Below, one piece after another: positions 45,292 to 56,027 of a DNA stretch of 64,000 nt. The notes under the pieces were generated by a model. That model was not told the DNA's origin and made no database searches. It saw nothing but the letters and a program-made list of their open reading frames with translations. The DNA is from an uncultured Verrucomicrobiae bacterium. Its GTDB lineage: Bacteria; Verrucomicrobiota; Verrucomicrobiia; Chthoniobacterales; Chthoniobacteraceae. The stretch lies in the NCBI GenBank assembly GCA_963828525.1, contig CAWHEP010000011.1, positions 189,133-253,132 on the forward strand, written 5' to 3'. Position 1 is the first letter of the stretch. Each line of letters opens with the position of its first letter. Position numbers and translations under genes: made by a program.

Positions 45292-46086
45292 ATGCCGATG
45301 CCGCGTCCTCGTATATTCCACTATCACATCTTCAAGAATGCGGGAACCAGCGTCGAAAAGCTGTTGCTGGAGAATTTTGCTGGCAAATTTAGCGCGTTTG
45401 ACGGCATTGACCCATCCTCCTGCCTGCCAGCGGAAGAGACCCTCGCTCATGTCCTGGCCCACCCAGAGGTCATTGCGTTCAGCAGTCATCAGGCGAAGCT
45501 GCCGCCTCCGCGCGTTGAAGGATCGGACTTCCTCTCCTTGATTTTCATACGGCACCCCATAGATCGCGCGGCTTCCATTTATAGTTTCGAGAAACGCCGC
45601 CTTCTTCCAGGTCTCGAAACAAGCGCCCGGGCCGGAGACCTCTCGTTCCGGGAATACGTGGAATGGTTTCTTGACGAAAAGCCGACAAGGAACCTGTTCG
45701 ACTTTCAGACTCTCTACTGCTCCTCGAAGACCGATTATTATAAGACACTGGTGACATCCGCTGACTTTGAAGAAGCCGAAGACAGGCTCCGCGAGATCGC
45801 CATGGTAGGAGTCGTGGATCTATTTGATGAAAGCATGGAACTGTTCGCCACAACCTTGCGTGGGATGTTCCCTGGCATTGCGTTTCGTGGCGAAAGAGAA
45901 AATGCCAGCGAGGGCCGCAAGTTGACGCTTGCCGAGCGATTGGAAGACATCGAGCGGGATCTCGGGCCGGCGCTTCATCAGCGACTTTGCGAGTGCAACC
46001 AATTCGACATGGCGCTGTATGATTCCGCCCGCGCTTTGCTGAATCAGCGGCTCAGCAAAGTAATCGGAAGTCCGTCCGGCTTTTAA
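45292..46086 (+). CDS. Sulfotransferase family protein
   Basis: HIFKNAGTS (5'PSB), RHPIDRAAS (3'PB), NQFDMALY. Confidence 0.85.
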   Translation: MPMPRPRIFHYHIFKNAGTSVEKLLLENFAGKFSAFDGIDPSSCLPAEETLAHVLAHPEVIAFSSHQAKLPPPRVEGSDFLSLIFIRHPIDRAASIYSFEKRRLLPGLETSARAGDLSFREYVEWFLDEKPTRNLFDFQTLYCSSKTDYYKTLVTSADFEEAEDRLREIAMVGVVDLFDESMELFATTLRGMFPGIAFRGERENASEGRKLTLAERLEDIERDLGPALHQRLCECNQFDMALYDSARALLNQRLSKVIGSPSGF

Positions 46087-47232
<1,146 letters not shown>

Positions 47233-47364
47233 ATCCGCCCGGCCTTTCTTCAAGTGGGCGGCATTCCCTGCCGAGCAGACTTCGCGGAGAACTTTGCATT
47301 TGCATCCTTGACGCTTTCGCGCTGAGGTTAATGGTTCAGCCGAAGGAGCTGCCTTTTTCAGTTT

Positions 47365-48615
47365 ATGATAGAACGACGAGTCGTAGTGACAGGTATGGGC
47401 GTTGTGACGCCAGTGGGCGAGGGAGTGCCGGCGTTTTGGGAAAATATCAAGAACGGCGTCAGCGGAGTTGACCGCATCTCGGCATTTGATACGACCGATT
47501 ACGACTGCAAAATCGCGGGCGAATTGAAGGATTTCGTCCCGGGGCGCTTCTTTAATAACCCCAAGGATGTGCGTCGCAGCGACCGCTACACGCAGGTCGC
47601 CATGGCGGCATCCAAGCTGGCGTTTACGGATTCGGGGATGGATATGGCGACGCTGGACTCGACCCGTTTCGGTGTTGTGATCGGAAGCGGCATAGGCGGG
47701 CTCCGGACGCTGGAAGATCAGCACACGATCCTCATGACGAAGGGACCGGGACGTGTCTCGCCGTTCATGATTCCAATGATGATCAGCAATATGGCGAGCG
47801 GGCTGGTCTCCATGGAATTTGGGATGAGGGGGCCTAACTTCGCGACTGTCTCCGCGTGCGCGACGGCGTGTCACGCCATCGGCGAATCATGGCGGATGAT
47901 CCGGCTCGGCGAGGCGGACGCCTTTCTTGCCGGTGGCGCGGAGGCTGCCGTGATTCCGCTCGGCATATCGGGATTCGCCGCGATGAAAGCGATGAGCAAA
48001 CGCAATGATGAACCGCAGCGCGCCTCACGCCCGTTCGACAGAGACCGGGATGGCTTCGTGATGGGAGAAGGCGCGGGGGTTATTGTGCTCGAGGAACTGG
48101 AGCATGCCCGCAAACGCGGCGCGAAGATCTATTGCGAGGTTGCGGGTTACGGACTGTCCGCGGATGCCTACCACATGACGTCGCCGCTGCCGGAAGGGGA
48201 GGGGGCGATGCGGTGCATGAGCATGGCGCTGGATAAGGCCGGGATCAATCCGGATGAGGTGGACTATATCAACGCGCATGGCACGTCCACCGGCATTGGT
48301 GACGTGTGCGAAACGCGGGCGATAAAAGCGCTATTCGGCGCTCACGCCAAAGAGGGGCTTCTGGTGAGTTCGACCAAGTCGATGACGGGACATTTGCTCG
48401 GCGCGGCGGGCAGCGTTGAGATGGCTGTTTGCGTCATGGCAATCCGGGACGGGATCGTGCCTCCGACGATCAATCTGGATAATCCTGACCCCGAGTGCGA
48501 CCTGGATTACGTGCCGCACGTGGCGCGCGAGAAGAAAATCCGCGTTGCGATGAACAACTCTTTTGGCTTTGGCGGGCATAATGCGACGCTGATCGCTCGG
48601 GAATTTGTCGACTGA
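47365..48615 (+). CDS. fabF: Beta-ketoacyl-ACP synthase II
   Basis: SACAT, NAHGTST, GHLLGAAG, NSFGFGG. Confidence 0.96.
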   Translation: MIERRVVVTGMGVVTPVGEGVPAFWENIKNGVSGVDRISAFDTTDYDCKIAGELKDFVPGRFFNNPKDVRRSDRYTQVAMAASKLAFTDSGMDMATLDSTRFGVVIGSGIGGLRTLEDQHTILMTKGPGRVSPFMIPMMISNMASGLVSMEFGMRGPNFATVSACATACHAIGESWRMIRLGEADAFLAGGAEAAVIPLGISGFAAMKAMSKRNDEPQRASRPFDRDRDGFVMGEGAGVIVLEELEHARKRGAKIYCEVAGYGLSADAYHMTSPLPEGEGAMRCMSMALDKAGINPDEVDYINAHGTSTGIGDVCETRAIKALFGAHAKEGLLVSSTKSMTGHLLGAAGSVEMAVCVMAIRDGIVPPTINLDNPDPECDLDYVPHVAREKKIRVAMNNSFGFGGHNATLIAREFVD

Positions 48616-48692
48616 GAAAGCGAGGGCGGCAAACGATTCGGGGACGGTATGCAGAGTGAGGCATGTCCGGGCGGTCTTCTACGGCTTAACTC

Positions 48693-49130
48693 ATGCGCAT
48701 AGCGGTCATCTCTGATACCCACAACAAGATCCCGCCGCGCCTGCCGGCTTTGATCGCCTCGGCGGATGAAATATGGCATTTAGGGGATGTATGTGACGAG
48801 GGAGTGCTGGATGAGATCAGCGCAATCGGGCCTCGCGTCAGGGTCGTGCGTGGTAACTGCGACAGCGTTCAATGGCCCCTTGTGCTCGATCTTCATCGTG
48901 AAGGGTTGAGCATCCACCTTGTCCATATTCCACCGAAGATTCCACATCCTGGAACGGACTTGCTGTTGCACGGCCACACGCATGTGGCGCGCGACGAAGT
49001 TATTCGAGGGATGCGCTACCTGAATCCGGGGCCTGTCACGCGACCGACAAAGGGAGCATCGCCAAGCTTCGCGTGGCTCGAACTGCATCGTGGAACTCCA
49101 CCGATTTGGAGCATCCAACTGCTTCGATGA
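48693..49130 (+). CDS. Metallophosphoesterase (YfcE-like)
   Basis: SDTH, GD, GNCD, HGHTH, NPG. Confidence 0.9.
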   Translation: MRIAVISDTHNKIPPRLPALIASADEIWHLGDVCDEGVLDEISAIGPRVRVVRGNCDSVQWPLVLDLHREGLSIHLVHIPPKIPHPGTDLLLHGHTHVARDEVIRGMRYLNPGPVTRPTKGASPSFAWLELHRGTPPIWSIQLLR

Positions 49131-49161
49131 GCAAGAGGAGCCGAGGGGCGCGGATTGCCGC

Positions 49162-49401
49162 CTAACCTTCGTCCTCTATAATCTGCAAGTTGGCGCGTTC
49201 GCCGTGCCTGGCGGCCGACGCGTTGAGGAGATTGCGGATCGCTGCTATGGTGTGGCCTTGTTTGCCGATCACCCGGCCAACGTCGCTTTGCCTGAGACGC
49301 AGGCGGAACACTACTTTGCGCGGGGCGTCAACCCTGCTGAGGATCATCTCCTCTGGGAATTCAATCAGCCCCCGTATGACAAATTCAAGGAATTGCTGCA
49401 C
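49162..49401 (-). CDS. khpA: KH-domain RNA-binding protein
   Basis: DVGRVIGKQG; downstream of rpsP. Confidence 0.9.
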   Translation of the reverse strand: MQQFLEFVIRGLIEFPEEMILSRVDAPRKVVFRLRLRQSDVGRVIGKQGHTIAAIRNLLNASAARHGERANLQIIEDEG

Positions 49402-49425
49402 GGCTGTGGACGCGAGAGCGCCGCG

Positions 49426-49698
49426 CTAGGCAGCGACTGGTTCCGGCTTGGCCGCGTCAACCTTCTTTGTCTTCTTGATGATACTGCGGACGGTGTCCGA
49501 AGGCTGGGCGCCCCGGGAGACCCAGTAGTCCACTCTGCCAAGATCAAGGTTCGAGTTGTGGCCGGGCTTCTTCGGATCGTAGTTGCCGATGATCTCGATG
49601 AATTTACCATCGCGAGGGCTTCTCTTATCAGCCACGACGATCTTGTAATAGGGGTTGTTTAAGGAGCCTTCACGGCGGAGACGGATTGATACGGACAT
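49426..49698 (-). CDS. rpsP: 30S ribosomal protein S16
   Basis: IRLRR...VVADKRSPRDGKFIE...GAQPSDTV. Confidence 0.97.
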   Translation of the reverse strand: MSVSIRLRREGSLNNPYYKIVVADKRSPRDGKFIEIIGNYDPKKPGHNSNLDLGRVDYWVSRGAQPSDTVRSIIKKTKKVDAAKPEPVAA

Positions 49699-49749
49699 AG
49701 TTTTTTAAAGTTCGGTTTTACGGTTGAAGGTAATCGGGGAGCGCACTCC

Positions 49750-51060
49750 TCACCCTTTCATCTGGGACATCATTTTTTTAAGTTTGCCTGTGTTTTTCAT
49801 TAACTTCCTCATCTGCGTGAAGCGCTGAAGCAGCGTGTTTACCTCCGCGACCGACGTTCCGCTGCCCCGGGCGATTCTCTGGCGGCGGCGCGCGTTTAAT
49901 ACATCCGGGCGCTGCCGCTCAACCATCGTCATCGAAAGCACGATGGCTTCGACCCGCTTCAACTGTTTCTCGTCAACCGAAAAGCCCTTCATGTTACTCA
50001 TTCCTGGGAGCATGCCAAGGATATTTTCAAGCGGCCCGAGCTTGCGCATCATCTTGAATTGCGCCAGGAAATCGTTGAAGTCGAAGCTCGCGGTCCGCAG
50101 CTTCTTCTCCATGCGCAGGGCTTCATCCTCATCGATCGCCTCCGCGGCGCGTTCGACGAGGCCGAGGATGTCTCCCATGCCCAGGATGCGGCCTGCCAGC
50201 CTGTCCGGGTGGAACGGTTCAAATTGCTCCAGTTTCTCCCCGACTCCCGCGAACTTGATTGGACGCTTGGTCACTTCCCGCATCGACAGCGCGGCGCCAC
50301 CCCGCGCGTCGCCATCCAGCTTCGTAAGCACCAAGCCGGTGATCTCCAGCGCTTCGTGGAAATGCGTGGCGACGCTGACCGCCTGCTGTCCAGTGGCCGA
50401 GTCCGCGACCAGCAGGATTTCATTTGGCTTCAGGAAATCCTTTAGCCGTCTGATTTCCTGAACGAGTGTTTCATCGATTTCCAGGCGCCCTGCCGTATCG
50501 AAGATTTGCGCGTTCGCCCCCTGCGCCTCGGCCCATGCGATGCTTTGGGAGGCCACACGCAACAAATCCTGCTCGCCCTTTTCAGGAATAAAAACAGGGA
50601 CGCCGATCTGTTTACCCAATGTCGCGAGTTGGTCGATCGCCGCGGGGCGGTGGAGATCGCAGGCGATCAATACCGGGGCGCGTCCCTGTTTTTTCAGATA
50701 GAGCGCCAGCTTCGCGGAAGAGGTCGTTTTGCCTGCTCCATGGAGGCCCACCATCATGATGCGGGCTGGCTTGTCGAGATTCAACGGAGCCGCGTCTCCT
50801 CCGAGCAGGGTCGTCAACTCGTCGTGAAAAATCTTCACGATCTGCTGTCCGGGCGTGATGCTGCGTAAAACGTCCTGCCCCAACGCCTTCTCCTTCACCC
50901 GGGCTATGAAGTCCTTGGCGACCTGGTAGTGGACGTCGGCTTCCAGCAGCGCCATCCGAACCTCCCGCATGGCGTCGTTGACGTTCGTCTCGCTGATCAT
51001 TCCGTGCCCGCGGAGATCCTTGAAGATGTCCTGAAGCTTGTCGGAAAGTTGCGAGAACAT
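49750..51060 (-). CDS. ffh: Signal recognition particle protein
   Basis: ALLEADV, GAGKTT, DTAGR, DGDARGG, RIARGSG. Confidence 0.97.
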   Translation of the reverse strand: MFSQLSDKLQDIFKDLRGHGMISETNVNDAMREVRMALLEADVHYQVAKDFIARVKEKALGQDVLRSITPGQQIVKIFHDELTTLLGGDAAPLNLDKPARIMMVGLHGAGKTTSSAKLALYLKKQGRAPVLIACDLHRPAAIDQLATLGKQIGVPVFIPEKGEQDLLRVASQSIAWAEAQGANAQIFDTAGRLEIDETLVQEIRRLKDFLKPNEILLVADSATGQQAVSVATHFHEALEITGLVLTKLDGDARGGAALSMREVTKRPIKFAGVGEKLEQFEPFHPDRLAGRILGMGDILGLVERAAEAIDEDEALRMEKKLRTASFDFNDFLAQFKMMRKLGPLENILGMLPGMSNMKGFSVDEKQLKRVEAIVLSMTMVERQRPDVLNARRRQRIARGSGTSVAEVNTLLQRFTQMRKLMKNTGKLKKMMSQMKG

Positions 51061-51091
51061 GACTACGCGGCGGCGGAAATCGATACGGCTG

Positions 51092-52346
51092 CTAAGGCAG
51101 CCGGGGAGGCAGAGGGGTTTCGGCAGCCTTCGGGGCTGTCGAGGCATTTGGGTCGTAATTGAACGTCCAATGCGTCGAGACGGTCTTGCCATCCTGTTTC
51201 GCCGTGACGATGACCGTGTAAGAGTTGTCGTGAAGCTTCTCGCCGACTTGATAAGTCAGCAACTTCGTCGCGGGATCGAAGCGCGCCGCCACTTGCCCGA
51301 AACCGCTTAGGCGCATTTCCACGCTTGCCGGATCGATCTGTCCCAGCGTCGCCAGGTTGGCCTTTATCGTCGGTTTCGGGTTGCTTATCGTCTCATCCTG
51401 CATCGGCTGGGTCATCATGGAACTGGACGCGAGCTGGATAGGAGCGGCGGAACCCTCCGAACTGCCGAAGGCTGAGAGGGCGGCGGTAAATACCTGCGGC
51501 TTGTTCCCCTCGATCATATACCTGCCCAGCGCGTCCATCGGCGAACCGAAGGTGATCACTTGGCCATAAACAGTAAACACGCCCTCGTAGCCTGCTTTGC
51601 GAGCGAGTTCCTTTACCTTGTCATTGAACTTCCCGTACGGGATGGCGAAGGCATCCACCTTTATCGCCAACTGCGCTTCCAGCATCTTCTTCGAGTCGTT
51701 AATCTCATGCCAGAGCCACTGCTCGTACTCCGGCTCCGTCTTCCCCTTCTTTGCGGTAAGATAGGGATGCGAAATCGTGTGGCTCTCTATATCGACCCCG
51801 GCGTCGCGCATCTCGCCCAGTTGGTCCCATGTCATGCTTTCTCCGCCGGATCTCGGCCCTGGCTTCACGTAGTCCGTATAAATGAACATTGTGAACGGGA
51901 ATCCATACTTCTTGAGGATCGGCCATGCGACGTCGGTACTGCGACCTCCACCCGTCATCCAGGGTAATGACAGCGCATCGCGAAGGGATGTTTTTCTCTC
52001 CGCGCCGCCAGGCGAGAAAATCCTGCATGGGGATCACCGGGATTCCACGGTCTTTTAGAATCTTCATCTGCGTCTCGAAATCCGCCGGGAGGATTTCCGT
52101 ATCGGGCCGGCGCAATGCCTTCACGAGTCGGTGGTAGCCATACACGATAACTTGTGAGGTTTGGTCTGAATGAAAAGCCGGTGTCGGTGTAGGCCCCGTT
52201 GTGGCCAGAGGCTTTGGAGCCAGGGTCGGAGCCGCATTAGCCTGCGTCACAGCCCCTTGCGTGCGATGCACGAGCGCCATGATTCTCTTGCAACCCCCGA
52301 GGGACAGAGAAGCCATCACCACACAGAAAAGAAGCTTGGATTTCAT
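51092..52346 (-). CDS. Polysaccharide deacetylase lipoprotein, indel near 51940
   Basis: YHR, ITLDDGW, SHTISHP, PYG; lipobox LGGC. Confidence 0.85.
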
Positions 52347-52594
52347 AAGATTCGCGCCAAAGTGGGGAACATATCGGAATTCGCCGGTTTTGAAAGGGTA
52401 TCGTATAACGTTTCTGGCTCGTTCTGTGAGCAGTGGTTTTACCCACGTTCGCCGCTCTGAACCGGTAACCTGCATTTAGTCCATCCGTTCGCGCTCAATT
52501 CATCCAAGGCTCACGCGGTCTCTCTTTTGGCGCGCTGGGCATTCCCGCTTGTTTCGGCCTGCTGCGTCTCCGCTCAGGATGGCGCCTGATCGCG

Positions 52595-52825
52595 TTGATC
52601 TTTACCTGGATCAGCATCTTGATGGTAACCGTGGCCTTGGTTGCGGCTTGTCTCGCCCCGCGCGCCGCTTACTTCTATGAAGTGTGCGGCATTCATGTCG
52701 CGGACCTTCCGAGCATCCTCTTTTTTCCTCTTTCGCTGGCGGGCTACTGTTTCGTCCTATCGCAGTTTCGCGTGCTGACCGATCCCTCCGTCAAGCGTCT
52801 GTTCCATCCTTACGATCAGGCTTGA
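52595..52825 (+). CDS. Small hypothetical membrane protein
   Basis: Two hydrophobic segments; start uncertain. Confidence 0.4.
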   Translation: MIFTWISILMVTVALVAACLAPRAAYFYEVCGIHVADLPSILFFPLSLAGYCFVLSQFRVLTDPSVKRLFHPYDQA

Positions 52826-52984
52826 GCTTGGCGATGACGCAGGCGATTTTTCTGGATGCGGGCGGACGCCGCAGCGCTGAGGGTTCAGATTTGTCATCGC
52901 CGGACGCTGCCGCTGCGCTGGACGTAAAAGATGTTCAATGCACAAGCCGGTCTTCGAACCGCCTGGAGGCGGCGTCTATCCCGC

Positions 52985-53185
52985 TATTGTCCAGTCATCC
53001 AGTCCAACCCGTCTACGCGCGCAAACTCCGCCCTGTTGTGGGTTACAAGCGTCCAGCCGGGCGTAATCGCAACGGCAGCAATCTTCAGATGGTATGGGCC
53101 GAGGAATCGCCCTTCGAGGCTCTAAAGTATGCCGAAGCCTGCCCACTTCCTTCGCGGCTTCATCATCAAAGGGAGCCGACGCATG
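52985..53185 (-). pseudogene. vapC: VapC (PIN) toxin remnant
   Basis: Manual translation PFDDEAAKEVGRLRHTLE / GRFLGPYHLKIAAVAITPGWTLVTHNRAEFARVDGL; no 5' half, no vapB. Confidence 0.7.
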
Positions 53186-53327
53186 GCGGCTTTCATCTCA
53201 CATGCGCAATTTTCAACAGGTGGGGAACCGTTGTGTTCAAATTAATGCAATTGAGTCCCCTAGCTCGTGTAGTTTTCTCAATTACATCCCGCGAAACCTT
53301 CCTAGCGCGAGGATTATTTTTCCCTCC

Positions 53328-53344
53328 TGGGCATAGCGCCTGCT
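53328..53344 (+). promoter_or_regulatory. Sigma54 promoter upstream of amtB
   Basis: TGGGCATAGCGCCTGCT, GG-N10-GC. Confidence 0.6.
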
Positions 53345-53545
53345 TGAGTGCGCCGCAATCTAGAGTCCAGGAAGCGGATGCTCCCAGGATAACCAACCAA
53401 CCATAGGGAAAAACCATGTCACATGTCTGTCAACACTCGCAATGCTGTCTCTTCCGACAGCCGCACTATTCAACGAGGGGCAATGGAGCTCGGAGGGGTG
53501 GCTCAAGCAGCAGGTAACAACCAAAGAAAGCAACAGCTGAACAAT

Positions 53546-55465
53546 ATGAAAAAGTTTTTTGAAAAGAAGCAAGATCACGAGCAGTTCCAAGCCTTTTTGA
53601 CGCCTTATGGAGGCAGACACTTCGGGAAGTTGTGCCTGGCGGCGGTCTTGACGGTTTCCCTTTACCTCGGCTCCGCTCAAAGAGGAGATGCGCAAGCAAC
53701 CCCTGCCGCGTCGGTAGCGGAGAAGCCTGCCCCGAGCGCCGCGCCATCGGCGAGCACCGCGCCGGCAGCAAGTGCCGCCGTCGCGTCGCCAACCCCTCAG
53801 CAGCCAGACTCCGTCGCGTATCCCCCAGGGGCCAACGCCGGAACGGCGACAGATCTCACATGGCCGGTCCCAGCAGACAGCACGTCGGTGAATCCCGACG
53901 GGAAAGGCAAGGTTACCCCCGATGAACTGACCGCGAACGTCGCGCATAACAAGGTCTCCATCAACCTGGTTTGGACGCTCGTCACGGGCTTCCTCGTCAT
54001 GTTCATGCAGGCGGGTTTCGCGCTCGTCGAAACCGGTCTTTGCCGCGCCAAGAGCGCCGCGCACGTCATGGCCACGAACTTCATGATCTACGGCCTCGGC
54101 ATGCTCGGTTTCTGGGCGTGCGGGTTTGCGTTCATGTTCGGTAATTACTGGAACGGCCCTGTGCCAATCGGTTGGCAACCCTCCCTGGGTCAGGGACTCG
54201 CGCTGCTGAATTCCGGCTGGACAGTCACCATCGCTGGCCATCCGTTCGGGTTGCTCGGTTTGAAGGGCTTCTTTCTCAGCCCTTCGGTATTCGACACCGC
54301 CGTCTTCACGTTGTTCCTGTTTGAAATGGTGTTCATGGACACTACCGCCACCATCCCCACCGGCTGCATGGCCGAACGCTGGGACTTCCGGAACTTCGTC
54401 ATTTACGGTTTCTGGGTCGGCATGCTTCCCTACGCGATCTATGGCAACTGGGTCTGGGGCGGTGGCTGGCTCGCCCAACTCGGCCAGAACTTCGGCCTCG
54501 GCCACGGCGCTGTGGACTTCGCCGGCTCCGGCGTGGTGCATATGTGCGGCGGCATGATAGCCATTGCCGGCGGTCTCTGTATCGGGCCCCGTCTTGGCAA
54601 ATACGGCAAGGATGGTAAAGCCCGCGCTATACCCGGCCACGATATCCCGATGGTCATGCTTGGCACGTTCATCCTCGCTTTCGGTTGGTTCGGGTTCAAC
54701 CCCGGCTCAACCTTGGCAGGCACCGACAACCGTATCGCCATCATAGCGGTCAACACCATGCTGGCAGGCGCCGCTGCGTCCTTCGGCACACTGTTGACAA
54801 TGTATCTCGTGACCGGTAAGCCCGATCCGTCGATGCTTTGCAACGGTTTGCTCGCTGGCCTGGTCGCCATCACCGCTCCCTGCGCGTTTGTAAACTCAGC
54901 GGGCGCGGTTCTCCTGGGCTTCATTGCCGGCATTATCGTCGTTTTCTCCGTCTTCTTCTGGGAACGCGTCGCGAAGATCGATGACTGCGTCGGCGCGATC
55001 TCCGTTCACGGTGTGTGCGGAGCTTGGGGCGTTCTAAGCGTCGGGCTCTTCGCGAACGGCACTTACGGCCAAGGGTGGGGCGGCGTTCACAAACTGTTCA
55101 AAGACGGCGCGTGGACGATCATCAACAATGACGCGCTCCCGGCGACCCTTAAAAAATATGCCGATATGACTGGCACCGGAGCGAACGGCGGCTGGACGGA
55201 TATCGGTGTCACAGGAATCTTCGGCAAGGTATTCGGCGCCCCCACAGGGGACTTCTCGCAGTTCGGCGCGCAATTTATAGACGTCTGCACATGCGCGATC
55301 TTCGTCGTCCTCTTCAGCTTGGCCTGGTTCAAAATATCGAACTTCATCTTCCCGATTCGCTCTAAGCGCGCGGATGAAATCGCTGGACTCGATATTCCGG
55401 AAATGGGTGTGGAGGCATATCCCGACTTCGGCTGCACCGACAAGTCCTCGCCTCAGATCGACTAA
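53546..55465 (+). CDS. amtB: Ammonium transporter with long Ala/Pro N-terminal extension
   Basis: FMQAGF, DFAGSGVVH, FGWFGFN, SVHG (twin His). Confidence 0.95.
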   Translation: MKKFFEKKQDHEQFQAFLTPYGGRHFGKLCLAAVLTVSLYLGSAQRGDAQATPAASVAEKPAPSAAPSASTAPAASAAVASPTPQQPDSVAYPPGANAGTATDLTWPVPADSTSVNPDGKGKVTPDELTANVAHNKVSINLVWTLVTGFLVMFMQAGFALVETGLCRAKSAAHVMATNFMIYGLGMLGFWACGFAFMFGNYWNGPVPIGWQPSLGQGLALLNSGWTVTIAGHPFGLLGLKGFFLSPSVFDTAVFTLFLFEMVFMDTTATIPTGCMAERWDFRNFVIYGFWVGMLPYAIYGNWVWGGGWLAQLGQNFGLGHGAVDFAGSGVVHMCGGMIAIAGGLCIGPRLGKYGKDGKARAIPGHDIPMVMLGTFILAFGWFGFNPGSTLAGTDNRIAIIAVNTMLAGAAASFGTLLTMYLVTGKPDPSMLCNGLLAGLVAITAPCAFVNSAGAVLLGFIAGIIVVFSVFFWERVAKIDDCVGAISVHGVCGAWGVLSVGLFANGTYGQGWGGVHKLFKDGAWTIINNDALPATLKKYADMTGTGANGGWTDIGVTGIFGKVFGAPTGDFSQFGAQFIDVCTCAIFVVLFSLAWFKISNFIFPIRSKRADEIAGLDIPEMGVEAYPDFGCTDKSSPQID

Positions 55466-55479
55466 AATCCAAACGTTGC

Positions 55480-55514
55480 GCGGGCGCGGCGCTCAAACCT
55501 TGCGCCGCGCCCGC
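55480..55514 (+). terminator. GC-rich hairpin after amtB
   Basis: GCGGGCGCGGCGC / GCGCCGCGCCCGC 13-bp stem. Confidence 0.6.
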
Positions 55515-55547
55515 TGTTGAAAAGCAACCGTAACAAATAATGCTAAC

Positions 55548-55590
55548 GGGAGGGCGGTCGGAGTTTCCATACTCTGCCGCCCTTCTTTTT
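55548..55590 (+). terminator. Rho-independent terminator
   Basis: GGGAGGGCGG...CCGCCCTTC followed by TTTTT. Confidence 0.75.
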
Positions 55591-55655
55591 GCAAAGATCC
55601 CCCCGGGTCGAATCATCTCCGCCCCGCGAACTCCCCTGCTATAGTTGTAAAACCG

Positions 55656-55997
55656 ATGAATCATTTCGCCCTCTTCCTCATAACCTGTTCCCTCGCGAAT
55701 CTTCTCCTGGCTCTGTTTGCCTGGCGCCTTACGAACAGCAAGCCCACTCTTTTAAATCTGCTTATGAGCAGCGCCTTCCTTCTCTTTGCCGGCTACTTCA
55801 CGGCGAGTGGGAAACAGGGTGACATGACGTGGGTTCCCTCTTTCCTTGCTACGATGCTCTGCGGCGGACGAGCCATCGGGTTTCTGCTCCGCTACAAAAA
55901 GGAACCGGAGATCCGCGCTCCCGCGATGCTCGTCCTCTGCGCCGCGCTCATCTCCGTGGCGGGGACGATGGCAGCCTATTGGAGCACCGGTCGATGA
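55656..55997 (+). CDS. Hypothetical 4-TM membrane protein
   Basis: Intact hydrophobic ORF. Confidence 0.65.
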   Translation: MNHFALFLITCSLANLLLALFAWRLTNSKPTLLNLLMSSAFLLFAGYFTASGKQGDMTWVPSFLATMLCGGRAIGFLLRYKKEPEIRAPAMLVLCAALISVAGTMAAYWSTGR

Positions 55998-56027
55998 CCC
56001 GCCGGATCGAGCCGCCTTTCTAAGACC

